NCBI GenBank assembly: GCA_029953675.1
Contig: JAMWBK010000005.1
Span: forward strand, 310,001-374,000
DNA from: Rhodosorus marinus CCMP1338
Taxonomy: Eukaryota; Plantae; Rhodophyta
Length of the DNA stretch: 64,000 nucleotides
Direction: 5' to 3'
Both the position numbers and the translations under genes were made by a program. Positions within the stretch are counted from its first letter, which is position 1, and the number at the start of each line of letters is the position of its first letter. Positions 22,630-34,724 of this stretch are shown piece after piece. Under the pieces are notes generated by a model, which saw only the letters and a program-made list of their open reading frames with translations, was not told the origin of the DNA and did not search any database.

Positions 22630-23692
22630 ATGGTCTTAACAAAGAAGCAAATGGAATCTGGAATGAATGATGCAGCGGAGGATGAGCGCTCGGGTACGGA
22701 TTCGCGAGCTACGATCGATGCTTCATTTGGTTGGAAAACGAATGGAGCTGCCGTGGAGACGACCGGTTTGATTCCAAGAGATGTTGCGTGGATTTGGGCT
22801 TGTGAGGAACAGCTTATATGTCTCTGAAAGATCGCATTCTTTGATGCAGATGTGCTAATTGTTAGCCGGCCGGTTTGATTTCGAATTCTACGAATTCAGG
22901 TTATGCGCTGTCTGCATGGGTGGTTGCATGTAGTAGTCTATCTTTGTGGCCACTGGATCCAGGGGAGCTGCGTAGATTTCATCTCAGTGAGGGTATCTCA
23001 GAGCTTGCTGCGTGGGGATGGTTTTGCTCCCTGATCGTCACGCGGCTTACTTACTGGATCAATCCGTGCCATGGTATAAGACCCACCTGAATCCAGATTG
23101 ACTTTGACTTGGCAGAGTGACCGAACACTGAATCTGACAAGACTCGCTGCCCTAAACAGGAAAGGGTTTGCAATCCAGTCTCGAGGCAGTCTTCACGCTA
23201 AGCTTCACCAGCTTTTCCTTTGCTTACATGGCAGTTGCTCCCGAAATGGTCATCCCAGCGACATCAACAGCACTTTTGTTCTTGACTTCATCCTGGACCT
23301 TTATGATCACATCTTTTAAAGTTAAAAGAATGCCACCCAGCTTTATCACTTCACCACCTGGTAAGGAGAACTATGGAGTTTTCGAATATCCCAACACTTG
23401 CCGTATTCGTTCTAAATTGATTCTTCTGACCGTCCCAGGCAGGTTGATACGCTTGGTTCGTAGAACTCCGATCGCAGGTGGCGTTTTATTCGGATCCAGC
23501 GAACTTTGCATTCTGATGAAGTACCTGCATGCGCTGCCACAGTCCTCCATGAATCTAGGAGACTTTTCGTCGACATTACTTGGTTGTGTCCTCTCCGTGC
23601 GAATAGCTTATGCTATCGTTGAGCTCCTCGCAGGGCTATATGCACTGTCTACTCTTGCGGGACGAGACAACCAAGCTAGGAAGACCAGCTAG
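22630..23692 (+). CDS. Hypothetical multi-pass membrane protein, multi-exon; exon structure and start unresolved
   Basis: Successive hydrophobic exon-sized ORFs (YALSAWVVACSSLSLW; VFTLSFTSFSFAYMAV; LLFLTSSWTFMI; LLGCVLSVRIAYAIVELLAGLY) with a donor-like site near 23320. Confidence 0.4.
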
Positions 23693-24161
23693 CGACAGAC
23701 AAATCCGTCAACGGCTGACTCGCGACATATTATCTAAAATACAAAACGATGATTAACAAACAACCGGCAGAACACAAACAAGGCTCATCGGTCTGGGAAT
23801 ACCAACGTGCTTAGGACGACTATATTTAAAACGGTAAAGCTTCGTGGATCCCCACGCTCCAACATTCAACGCGAGCCCTGCGCACGATGAGCCATTCTGC
23901 GGATATTGCTCAGTGGCCTTTTTCCTCAGCAGAGCCCGGCCGTTGTTCATTCCCAAATCTCCGGAGTCTCTCTGTTCTTGTCATCCTTACTGGTTCTCCT
24001 GTGTTGGTGTCGTGGTTCACGCTGAACCTGAGTTTCTAGGGATACCCGTCATATTGTTCAAGGAGCGATCCGACCCTCAAGCCAGGATAGTGTATCGCTG
24101 AACCTGCACTATCCATAAGCGTATCCACGGCCGTCCTTTAACAAGTTCCAATAAACGTTTT

Positions 24162-24370
24162 CAGCAGCCGAACTGGCTGTTCTTCATAAAAAGTCGGTTG
24201 CATCCTCATCAACCGGGGTGAAACTAGCCCACAGTTCTGCGATGTTTTGTATCGTGGTCCATGCTGAACAATGATAATTGAGGTCTTCAGCAGCCGAACT
24301 AATTGTCCACGATCGACTTCGGTTGCATCCATCAACTGGGCGCCAAACTGCCCCACGCGATCCGGTGAAT
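24162..24370. repeat. Degenerate direct repeat, ~126-bp period
   Basis: cagcagccgaact at 24162 and 24288, each followed by tcggttgcatcc..atcaac.ggg. Confidence 0.6.
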
Positions 24371-24537
24371 GTGAGTTTTGTCGTGAGCGACTCTTTAACA
24401 ACGATAGTGCTTGTCAAGGTTTGTGGACATGAGCTGTTTGGATCGGAAGTTCATCAGGATTAACTTTGGTTGATCTGGTCTGCAAAAACGAGCCTTTTAG
24501 CGTTTCCTTTTGAGGGTTTCAATTTTAAGAGGAGAAG

Positions 24538-25261
24538 ATGGCGTTTGTTAGTGTTGGAGTTGGTCTTGGTTCACCAAGTGGTTCTATGGTTAGGAATCGC
24601 TGCCAAGTCCGATGTGAGAGCTCTGGCGCCGTGTCTAGGAGGCGTGTTCTTGAGCTGGTAGGGTCTATTGGGTTGGCTGCCTTTTCTGACCCTGCGCTTG
24701 TTCTCGCAGACGTGGCGTCCGAGTTTATCCAGACCCAGTCAGGGTTGAGGTATCAGGACGGTGAGTTGCTTCAACTGTGTTGCATTTTTGGGGATTTCTC
24801 CGTTGGGTTTCTGAAATAAGAGTGTTGGATAATTCCAGTTAAGATCGGAGAAGGCGCCAAGCCTCAAGCTGGCCAGAACGTTAGGGTCCACTATACAGGC
24901 ACCCTGGACGGCTTTGAAGGTCCCTGGTTTGACTCGTCCAGAAGGAGGAATAGGCCTTTCACTTTCAAAGTTGGCGTCGGTCAAGTCATAAAAGGATGGT
25001 AAGGTCGTCAGGATGAAGATCTTCGAGCACGTGGTTTGTAAGGGAGCCTGAACCAAGTTTTCCTAACCCGCCAACAATACCTTGCCGCCTTCCTACGTAT
25101 CTCCATGGAATAGGGATGAGACGCTTCTGAACATGCAGGTAGGAGGTCGTAGGAAAGTTATTATTCCTCCAAGTCTTGGATACGGAGACAGAGGAGCCGG
25201 TGGTGTAATCCCGCCAGGAGCAACCCTCTACTTTGACGTGGAATTACTGGCGATTCTCTAG
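24538..25261 (+). CDS. Thylakoid-lumen FKBP-type peptidyl-prolyl isomerase, 3 exons
   Basis: MAFV transit peptide, Tat-like SRRRVLELV, then [42 protein letters not shown] and [14 protein letters not shown]. Confidence 0.93.
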
Positions 25262-25821
25262 ATTCAAAACGCACAAACAGGCTGTTGCCGATCTTGGTCA
25301 CAGTCATTCTAAAATGTTTGATACGATCCATACCAACCAGAACCGATTGCCAGAACTAGTCGCGGAGGGGGTATCGATCCTTTCAGATACGATGCAAAGG
25401 CACACCTATTCCCAGATTGGCGCTTCTGCCACTTTTAATGAATCCAAAATAAAAGTCCTATCACGTCGGTCATTAACATTCTAGCTGCCTTTGCAACTTA
25501 ACACATTGATGGTATTCATCATACGGAGCACGCCAACATGACGAGACGCCATTCGGCCAAGAATGCATTTAACAGTCACAATACCATGTTGCGTATTACT
25601 TTTAAATAGCAATGGTAGCTCATATATTAAGAAATATTTCGATACGAGAAAAGTATGACGCTTAAACAACTCTTCTATTTTATATATATATATTTTTTTC
25701 TCTCTCTCTCTATGTGGAACCAATCACTGGCGGTGTGAAGGTGGGCTTCGGGCTGGTGCCGGTAGATGATTGCGTCCTCTGAAGACTTCTGTGGGCGATT
25801 GGACAGATTTTCGAAGTTAGG

Positions 25822-27026
25822 ATGGTGAATATAAAGGGTATAAAGGGTAATCTTCATCTGTTGATGATCTTAGGAGCATGGTATATCTCAAATGGGACCA
25901 CGATTCTGCTGAACAAGTATATCTTCCAGGCCATGCTGTTCCAGTTTCCGATAACGTTGACTTTTATACATATGACTATGCAGTCTGGATTGGCGTTTGT
26001 TACTATTGTCATATTTGGGTTGATCGAAAAGACACCGATTCCAACCGACGTGTACTTTAAGAGAATGATTCCGATATCTTTCTTCTTCTGTGCGAATATT
26101 CTTCTGGGCAACGTTTCCTTGAGATACGTACCGGTGTCCTTCATGCAGACTCTGAAGAGCCTAACGCCGGTCTTCGCTGCAGTGCTGCAGTATCTGTGTT
26201 TCGGTTCTCGATTGTCGGCGCAAGCGGCAGTCTCATTACTTCCGGCGACTTTAGGGGTCGCTCTTTCGGCATATACGGAGTTGAGCTTCAACCTAATCGG
26301 GTTCGTCTCTGCGATTCTGTCGTGTTTGTTCACTGGTAAGCTTTGAAACACGACAGCCGAAATTTTTTTTTGTCCACGGGCGCTTGTCCCATCCAGCTGC
26401 ACGGTCGAACTGAGATTTTCGCTCTTCTACATGTGATCTATCCCAGGTCTGAAGTTTGTCCTTTCATTCGCGCTGCTGCGAGGACAGTACAACTTGGATG
26501 CAATCAACATGCTCTTGTACATGGCTCCACCGAGTGTTCTGATTCTCTTCCCCAGCGCGTTTTGGTTCGAGAGCACTGGAGTAATGGCCTGGCTCAAAGC
26601 CCCGGATCGCACCGAGAAAGACCTGGCGGTTTTGCTCTTCAGTGCAATCGTTTCTTTCTCGCTTAACGCCACACTGTTCATGGTCATCAAGGCAACCAGC
26701 TCCGTTACAGCTACAATCGCTGGTAATCTGAAGACTTTGGTTGTTATTATCATCTCCATCATCATCTTCAAGTACGTATCTTGCTACTCCTGTGACCACA
26801 CTCTCTCTGTTGTTCTTGAACGCAAAGCTGAAGCTCGCTTTGTCATACGTCCCGTGAATGCAGAAACCCAGTCCAATTCTGGAACTACGTCGGAATGATT
26901 GCGGCGCTTGCAGGCATCACCTGGTACGGAATGATCAAGAACAAATGGCAGACTACAGGCACTTCTGAGATCAGTGAGGGATCCCAAACTGAATCTGAAC
27001 AGATTAAGCGTGAAGCTGCTGCGTGA
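25822..27026 (+). CDS. Nucleotide-sugar / triose-phosphate transporter (TPT/DMT) family, UDP-galactose-transporter-like, 3 exons
   Basis: LLNKYIFQ..FQFPITLTFIHM, NILLGNVSLRYVPVSFMQTLKSLTPVF, ELSFNLIGF, LDAINMLLYMAP and TSSVTATIAGNLK. Confidence 0.9.
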
Positions 27027-28049
27027 ACAAAGCGTCGGCCAAGCATTAGCTCAGTGGTATATATATCACGCGGCTCGCACAAGTCTAGCATTCAAATTTT
27101 AATATCTCCGCTCCTGTGGGAAAGGAGAGGAGATCTGTACATAAGCTGGCTTCTTCCATGCCTGCTTCTGACTCTGAGGCTTGAGATTCGCGGTGTTTTG
27201 TGCCTCTCTTTGTGTGAGTACGTCTGCGTGCTCATGTGCTATATATTGACGATTATTCGAACGCAATATTTGCATCTGCACTTTGTCCTGCTGGATTTTG
27301 TAGCATCAACGAGCTTCCAGCTAGGCTCCACGACAGGCTAGAAGCAGCTGGGCAAAAACTTAGTCTACATGTTGATGGTAGATAGCGAAGCCGGCCCGGA
27401 AATGGATTTTGGTCCCAAACGAACTCCGGCGGACAAATTACGGGATTCGAGCTCGAACGCCGGGACTGCAACTCCGATGACGTCCATATGACCAGGCCCC
27501 CGACGATCTGTGAAAGCTACTCGGATTCAGATCCAAGCCTCGATCCATTGCCTCTCGATAGAAACTTAACCAACCCGCCCAGCTCGCAACAACGACACCC
27601 GACCCGATCCGGAGCGCTCAACCACGGCCACCGAGAACAATCGTACTTGGTGAACTTTCAAATGGGAACATCGAGAGTCTTCTACTTCTACAAACGAATA
27701 CACTACGTTTCTTAAACCTAGTGAATAAGTCCCAACCATCAGCTTGAGGAAACCTTCTGCAAGCAAAGGAAGCTTCTTCCGCTCCTTACCGCCGACGACC
27801 AAATGGAAGATTTGCAGATGAAATGAAGCCTTACGGTCATCGACGAGGAGTTGAGGGAGAAGAGACGTCCGCGTGTGTCGAGCTCTTTTTTCGTTTTTGT
27901 TGGGGGTTTTAGAGGCTGGAAAGATTCCATCTTTCAGTTTTAGGAACCTGTAGGAATTGAAGAAGGTGGCAATATCAATTGATCTTTGATCTGCATTTGG
28001 TTTTTGTGGTGACAAACTTGGTTAAGCTCGTTGCTGGATCTTTTTAAGT

Positions 28050-28529
28050 ATGGCTGGATTTGGCATGGCTGGGTTTCCCGCTGGTGGTGGAGGCACCCAA
28101 GCGGAGCAACAGATGATGCAGATGATGCATGAAATGCAGGTTCAAGATTCGTTGAGGATGTACAACGAGCTAGTGCATCGATGCTTTGGAGATTGTGTTG
28201 ATGGTTTCAGATCGAAGAAGTTGGACGGCAAAGAGGTGCGGTTTGAGAGGAAAGCTCGCATCTGCGTGGTTATGGCGGATTCCAGATCCCCTCCGTCCTC
28301 ACAAATACTAAAAGGAAAAAGTCGGCTCTAAACCGCTGCTGATGTGCTATTTCCTATTTCCATTCGCTAATCAATCTTACAGGAGGCCTGCGTTACGAAA
28401 TGTGCAGATAAGTTTATAAAAACAGCTGCCAGAGCTGGAATGAGATTTGCAGAAGAGCAACAAGCGATGCTGCAGGATGCGCAAAACGCTGGAGTGGCCG
28501 GATCGCTCCCAAAGATGCCTGGAAGATAA
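28050..28529 (+). CDS. TIM9: Mitochondrial intermembrane-space chaperone Tim9, 2 exons
   Basis: LRMYNELVHRCFGDCV..LDGKE/EACVTKCADKF..GMRFAE: twin CX3C motif. Confidence 0.9.
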
Positions 28530-28855
28530 AACTGAACGATCAACTCTCCCTGACAAAATCCTTTTCGATGCTTTTGGTCATCCTTAGTTGCGACAATCCT
28601 CCAAGGAATATAAACCCTTTCCACGCTCCGGATGTCCATAAACTAAAAGATCTTCTTTCTCCTGTCTTGCGTGCTCCAACATATATACTATGGGATCATC
28701 GAACTCGCCCCACGGAACTCACAACTTCAGCACGACCGTTCTTAGGGTTGCCGTTATCCCAGACTATCCCCTCGGGATCTCCCTCCATATCTCTCTATAT
28801 ACGATTTTCACGCACAAGCAAGCTCTTCGAACATGAGATGTTGAACCGTCCGTAC

Positions 28856-29819
28856 CTAGGTTCTCTCTGGTCTGATAAGCTTCCCCGTGGTTGGATCTCG
28901 ACTCAACTTTGGTGGATACTCTCGCTTTCCTTGACAGAGTACTGGAGGAAGTTCAGTGCCGACTGGGAAGGCAACGACGTCGTCCTGCTGATTGGATAGT
29001 ATTCTACGATTGAGAAAAAGCAAGAAGCGTCTGTGAACGGCCTAGGCGAGAGAATCCAGATGATTTATGCATTACGTTTCGGAGGAAAGTCTACCTGACA
29101 CTGTTGGCCTTGGCCATGTGCTTCTGCTCAAGTTCAACTGCGGCCTGTACTGCCTCCAGATTCTGCTTTTTTCTTTTCCCGGTCACACCCCTTAACACCT
29201 TCTCAATTGTCGCCGCCCGTTTCTCTTCTTTTCTCTTCTCGTGTGTTATCCTACGGAGACGCGCCTGCTGCTGCCGCTTCAGATCCCTTGCTTCTTTCGC
29301 CAACACCTTCTCCTGATCTTCTTCGTCTTCCCGTTCCGCATCCTCCAGTAGCACAGCCTAGAAGCGGACGAAAAAGAAGTTTGGTGGTACCAAATCAGAT
29401 TTTGGAAGAGTGTTTAGAAACTTCCAGGCTGGACGGGTCAGTGGAAGACCATTCATGGTCCGCTCGCAAAGGTGATTCGATCGTACCTGTCCGGTTCCTC
29501 CATCTCTTATCGCTCTCTGTCTGCTCGTAAGCCTCATTTCAGCCTCGACTGGATCCGGACTGCTGTTTTCAGATCCGAACCCAATGCTATCCTCTCCCAG
29601 ACCATCATCTTCTTCCTCTTCCTCCACGTCTTTATCATCCTCGTCTGCGCGACCTCGATCAACCTCCTCCTCCTCCTCCTCCTCCTCTTCCTCCTCACGA
29701 TCATCAATCACTGCCTCATCCTCGCTATCATCGTCATATACCTCAATCTTCCTCTTCAACCGCCTCTCCTTCCTCTCAGATCCTCCCCTCCCACTCCTTC
29801 TCTCCGTCCTCCTCTTCAT
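28856..29819 (-). CDS. INO80B: INO80 complex subunit B / Ies2-like (PAPA-1 domain), multi-exon
   Basis: Acidic N-terminus, LTSRQRA, coiled coil EARDLKRQQQARLRR..KRAATIEKVLRG, then SVR/ILSNQQDDVVAFPVGTELPP..EYPPKLSRDPTTG. Confidence 0.68.
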
Positions 29820-29899
29820 CCTCCAAATCCCCCTAAGGCTTCCCCAAATCACCACAAGAAAGTATCCAAAGCTCCAAAAAAAAATGCAAATCCTAACCC

Positions 29900-30643
29900 T
29901 AACCTCTTCCTCTCAACTACAAGTCTTCCTCGATACCTCTAACGAACCTTCACAACGAGCTTATTCGAACGAGAACTGCTCCTTGTTACCGCTTCAACAA
30001 GATCCTCGCGCAGTCTAGAGACACTTTCCTCTACGCCTTGAGAGAGGACCTGCTCAGAAAGTTTAAGGCAGGCAGCAAGGGAGAAGACGGCCGGCTTAGG
30101 TCATGAGGGACAATTGTTCAATGAAGTGTGTCGTATACGGAATTGCTTCACTTCTCCTTCAAGATCATCATAGCGATATCTACACCTTTCCTTGACGACT
30201 TGTCAAGATGACCCGCGGGAGGGTGAAGCACTCAATGCTAAATACTTCGCTATTGAGGGACCACTTTTCGTGGCCTGGGAAGACAATCCTGGCAAGACGA
30301 TACCTCCGCTCCAGGGCTGTAGTAGAAGATCTGTTGTAGAAGAAACCAGTTGGTTTGGCACTGCGTTTGTTGATCAAGGCGGTCTGGGGAGGGCGAAATT
30401 CTCATGTTTTGCTGGTCTGGTTCTAATCCCTGCACGATAATAGTTCCACTCTCCAGCACCGAATCAGAAGACCACCTGATGTACGGATGGCAGTTACAAG
30501 ATTGTCCCTGTGACGGGCTTGTTGAGGATGACAGTGAGGAGGAACTTGTGCCCCTTATTGCTACTGAAACCAGGATTCCCAAGTCAATACGGATCGATAC
30601 TCATGTTATTTACGAAACCTCAAGGCCAAAAAAACAAACATAA
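29900..30643 (+). CDS. Possible hypothetical gene between INO80B and ACY1; boundaries unresolved
   Basis: Protein-like open frames (HNELIRTRTAPCYRFNKILAQSRD...; ...HLMYGWQLQDCPCDGLVEDDSEEELVPL...) that I could not join with confidence. Confidence 0.2.
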
Positions 30644-30748
30644 ACAGCTTTATGCCGGAAATCAGCGGCACTCCCTCTCCGCCACTTTAGCGAGAGGCGC
30701 ACCTTCCTCCCCCTCGGTGTACGGAAACTGTCCAAAAGAGGAACACAT

Positions 30749-32436
30749 TTACAGATCCTTCTCTTCCTCCTCATCGAGGTCCGCAGCCTGCTTCCCCAAC
30801 GTAGTAAGATCATTGATCAATGCTTTGTATATTTCAATTCCTTTTTGATAGATGTCAACACCGATGGACTCATTGTACTCATGCAGGAGTACCGCCGAAG
30901 CGTTGATGGGGCTGAACCCAATGGCCTCGATTCCCTTGTACCTCAAGAAACGACTGTCTGTTCCACCTGGGAAGATCTGCTCATTTGTCTCCACGTTCAA
31001 GCGGCTTAGTGCTGAGCGGAAAGTTTTGTAGAAAGGACTCTTCCCTTCGTCCACTGTAGAGAGGGGTCCGGCGTCGATTCTCAAACCAACTTCCCAAATC
31101 GTGTCTTCGCAGTGCTCATCACAGGCAACCTGATTCCACAGCAGAGCAACACAAGAGTAGATTCAGAATCGGCGACTGTTCTCGAGAGGTCAACGCTTTT
31201 CTCCTTCCTCAAAGGTTTGCCTGCCTACCCAATCCTTTATTACTTGATTCACATCGTCTGACTTCATTCCGGGAGGAATTCGAAGATCCAAACCCGCTCT
31301 TGCGCTGGATGGGATGACGTTCATGGTGAATCCATGTGCATTCTTCTCGCTCTCAACGCCTGCTTTCAGGTAGATTATATTGACTCCAAACGCTCTGCCT
31401 TCTCCACCGTTCAGACCAGCTCCAGTTGGTTTCTCGGACGCCAAGCCAAAGCGATCCCGGTCAGCCAGGATCTTGCCAAGAATGTCATGCAGTCTCATGA
31501 TCGCAGTTTGATGCGGAAGAGTTGCTCCGTGGCCAGTCTTGGAGTTGACTGTAATGTGAAGCTTCCATGTTCCTCGCTCTCCATAGTACACGGCCATATC
31601 ATTACCCTCTGTCGGTAAACCTGTTGGATCGTGAGCGTATGAAACGAAAGCCGTATCAGATCTCCGAAGATTGGAAGCGTGCGGATGAAACATTCCATCA
31701 GATCGTACCCTCGTCCAGAGAAAACCCAATATTTAGGGGCTTGAAATCTTCGGAGTTCACGAAAGACTCCATCCCCGACCCGTTGGTCTCCTCCTCCGGT
31801 ACAAACGTAACGTGTATCGATCGTTCAGGTTTCCATCCGTCCTTGAAAAGCGCCTTGATCGCGAAAAGGTACATCATCCCGATACTTTTCATATCCTGCG
31901 CGCCTCTGCCGATAATTTTGTTGTCCACGATTTCTGCACCATAAGGATCCGTCTTCCATCGAGACGTATCCCTGGCTCAGTGCCGACCCATGTAAGAAAA
32001 CTGTTAGGATCCACTAGACACTGGAGGCCGCGAAAAGCCGGGCGCAATCTTACACGTGTGAAACAACATCCATATGGGAATTGACCATGACCGCTTGCAA
32101 ACTCGGGTCCTGTCCAGCGATCGAGCAAATCACGACAGGTTCATCCATAGTGTACTCGGCAATTTTCACGGTCAAACCGATACCCTCACATGTCTTCTCA
32201 AGCCATCGCGCAGCCTCCCAGTACTTGGGATTCGGATGGTCAGTCCGCACTGAACCAAACACAAAAAAAAAACAATCAAACTAGTCTCAATATCAAACCA
32301 AAAAAAGGAAAAAAAGGAGAAAACAGCACAACTCACATCGGAGATACTCCTGCAAAGCAGACACACTCTCATCGTACTCGGCCAAAACAAAACCCGTTAT
32401 CAGAACACCAATCGTGCAATGTAAAGAAAACTTCAT
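30749..32436 (-). CDS. ACY1: Aminoacylase-1 (M20A zinc peptidase family) with N-terminal signal peptide, multi-exon
   Basis: NSHMDVV, GRGAQDMKSIG, FVPEEE, SLDEG, YGERGTWKL, GHGA, NVIPSSA, FPGGTDSRFLR, GFSP..LLHEYNE. N-terminus MKFSLHCTIGVLITGFVLA-EYD. Confidence 0.92.
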
Positions 32437-32471
32437 TGATCTCTTCTTAAATTCAATCCTAGTCTCACTCT

Positions 32472-32514
32472 CCTTCGTCTAACAATCTCTTCGCCTTCGT
32501 CTAACAATCTCTTC
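32472..32514. repeat. 22-bp-period tandem repeat (2 copies) just upstream of ACY1
   Basis: ccttcgtctaacaatctcttc occurs twice. Confidence 0.85.
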
Positions 32515-33622
32515 TCCAACCTATCCTCCTCCTACCCGTTCCCAAACCTCTCCTTGTAAACAAGGCCAAGCCCATCAACAGTCACCGTCACCCCCCGAGC
32601 GATCTATATTAGGATCCTTCACATCGAATCCCACTCAGTATATCAAAATCTAATCATATTAATGTATAAAAACTATTACAAATCAATATTTTACTGGAAA
32701 GTTGGGATGAGCGGACTCGATATATTTTTTTTTTGTTTGGTCTGAGTGAGAGATGGGACAGTTTGATATGGAGGTATGAGCTATTTTTGTTTGGTTAGTA
32801 GTTGGTAAAGGAGTCTCTGCAGAGCATTCTGGATCTTACTAAGGGTTTTAAGGACAATCAAAAAGACATCTACCCGTTCATTTTTTATGTGGAGGCCGAT
32901 CGCAACCATCTGGATGAGCTTGATGGATTTTTGGGGGGATGATTAGTAATGTTTCACCACTGAAAGGAGTGGTTGAGGAGTATCCCCAGAATAATTTAGA
33001 ATGTAATTAGAGTTGTCAGCGGAGCCCACAAGAGGTTTCTGTTTTATTGCATCTGACTGCGATTGGAAGCGGACGCCAAGACCCGGTTGAGTGGCAAGCA
33101 GTTTGCTGCGTAGGAATGGTTTCGGCGGATGATCTTCGGAGATCAGTACTGTCTAAGTAGGGACGAGCTGTACCGAGAGAAGTTGCGATCAACATCGACT
33201 CGATAATGCGACAGCTTCGCAAGAAAGGGCTATTCCAACCCCATCATCGCCGGTGTGTTTTTCGGCTGGCACCAGTGCGCCTTGGTATTGAGGTTGGGGT
33301 CCGCAGCAGGTTGTTCGGATCGTAGGCTTGTGCGCTGGCTGGTTATTATTTGTTGTCCACGAGAGGGTAGAACTGTGTACTAGGTGTGTTGCAAAAACGG
33401 TTGCCCTCCTTTTATTGTCAGTAGAATAGTCAGACGGGGGCAAACGTTCCACAAGTCCGGTCGAGCGCGGGCACAACGCCGACGGAGGAGGATGGTCGAG
33501 AGCCAGAATCTGATGGCATAGTTAATAACTGAATGAGCTCCGGCGCTTCCACATGTTCGGGCTCAATCGGAGCGATTGCTTTGGGAATCAACGATGAGAG
33601 CAGGGAAGTGGGCGACCTGGAT

Positions 33623-34333
33623 TCATTTCGCAGTATTCTTCAACTTGGTTTTCAATTCGTCGGTTTCATCAGCGTACTTGAGGAGCTTTGCGACAGTTTT
33701 TCTTCTACGATGTCGTATTAGATGATTGTTGCCCGCCTCGACACTGTCCACCTTGAGCAACGCCTGCGTGATCATCTCGCTCATGGCAATCAGCTTGGTC
33801 TGCACTTCTTTATGTTCTTGCGAATTTGCAGAACCGTTTTTCAGTGAGTCCATCCCCTCACTCAGCTTTTCAATGTCATACGTTTTCCGAAGCTCATCGA
33901 TTCCTTTTAGAGCTTTTGAAAAGTTCTCGAGCTGTCGAGTGATAAGATAGGTTCTGACTACAGCCGCAATTCTTGCAACTGCCTTAGCTGCTGAGGCTTT
34001 TCTCTTTGCGCTCTTCGGCATGGGTGACAACCACCTCGACTTGCCAGTTTTGGAGTTGTAAGCGTAGATTCTCCCCTCCTTGTTAGTGTATACTTCCTCA
34101 TGCTCGGTCAGCTTGTGCTTTTTGCGAAGCTCATCTTCTTTCTGGCTAGTCAGCTTCCCCCCAACTTGATCCTCAGGTTTGATATCTCCGGTCAACGCAT
34201 TCCTAAAAACTACATCCCCCGTTTTTTCATCCTTGCTCTTGCTCCAAAGCCACTTGGTTTCTCCTGACGAGGTATTAAAAATATACGTTTGACCAGTTTT
34301 CTCATCCAAAGCGCTCACCCACTCCTCGCTCAT
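33623..34333 (-). CDS. Intronless protein with tandem WW-like domains, an IQ-like motif and a C-terminal BAG domain (Hsp70 co-chaperone)
   Basis: EWVSALDEKTGQTYIFNTSSGETKW; LWSKSKDEKTGDVVFRNALTG; YTNKEGRIYAYNSKTGKSRW; AVARIAAVVRTYLITRQ; MSEMITQALLKVDSVEAGNNHLIRHRRRKTVAKLL. Confidence 0.85.
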   Translation of the reverse strand: MSEEWVSALDEKTGQTYIFNTSSGETKWLWSKSKDEKTGDVVFRNALTGDIKPEDQVGGKLTSQKEDELRKKHKLTEHEEVYTNKEGRIYAYNSKTGKSRWLSPMPKSAKRKASAAKAVARIAAVVRTYLITRQLENFSKALKGIDELRKTYDIEKLSEGMDSLKNGSANSQEHKEVQTKLIAMSEMITQALLKVDSVEAGNNHLIRHRRRKTVAKLLKYADETDELKTKLKNTAK

Positions 34334-34724
34334 TCTGGCTTCTAATCAACTAAGATTCAACAACTAAACGATCCTCTTCAATACACCACCACAACTATCG
34401 TCCCTCTCCCATAAGAACCTCGAACGAAGCTCCGTTCCAATCCTAGATCCAAAAATGCTCCCAGGGATCTATTCAGTGTATTTCCAAAGGATCACTAAAC
34501 CCTGAGCGAGCGAGCTCAGGTCACCATTCTCGTCTTCGCTTAGATGAAGAGTAGCTCTCCTCCACCCCAAAGCTTTCGATATCCACCACCCAAAAACAAG
34601 TCCATTGAGAATGGAGCCTTCTGCATGGTTTCGCCGATCGTGGTGCGAACTGATCTCCGTGTGCAGTAATCGATGCTAATCGATCTCACTGTACAGTAAG
34701 AGTTGCCGTTGGATGTCACTTTGA

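Noticed and set aside
29472-30018. Poly-Ser and poly-Leu ORFs
   Set aside because: Antisense of the acidic GAG/GAA run in INO80B.
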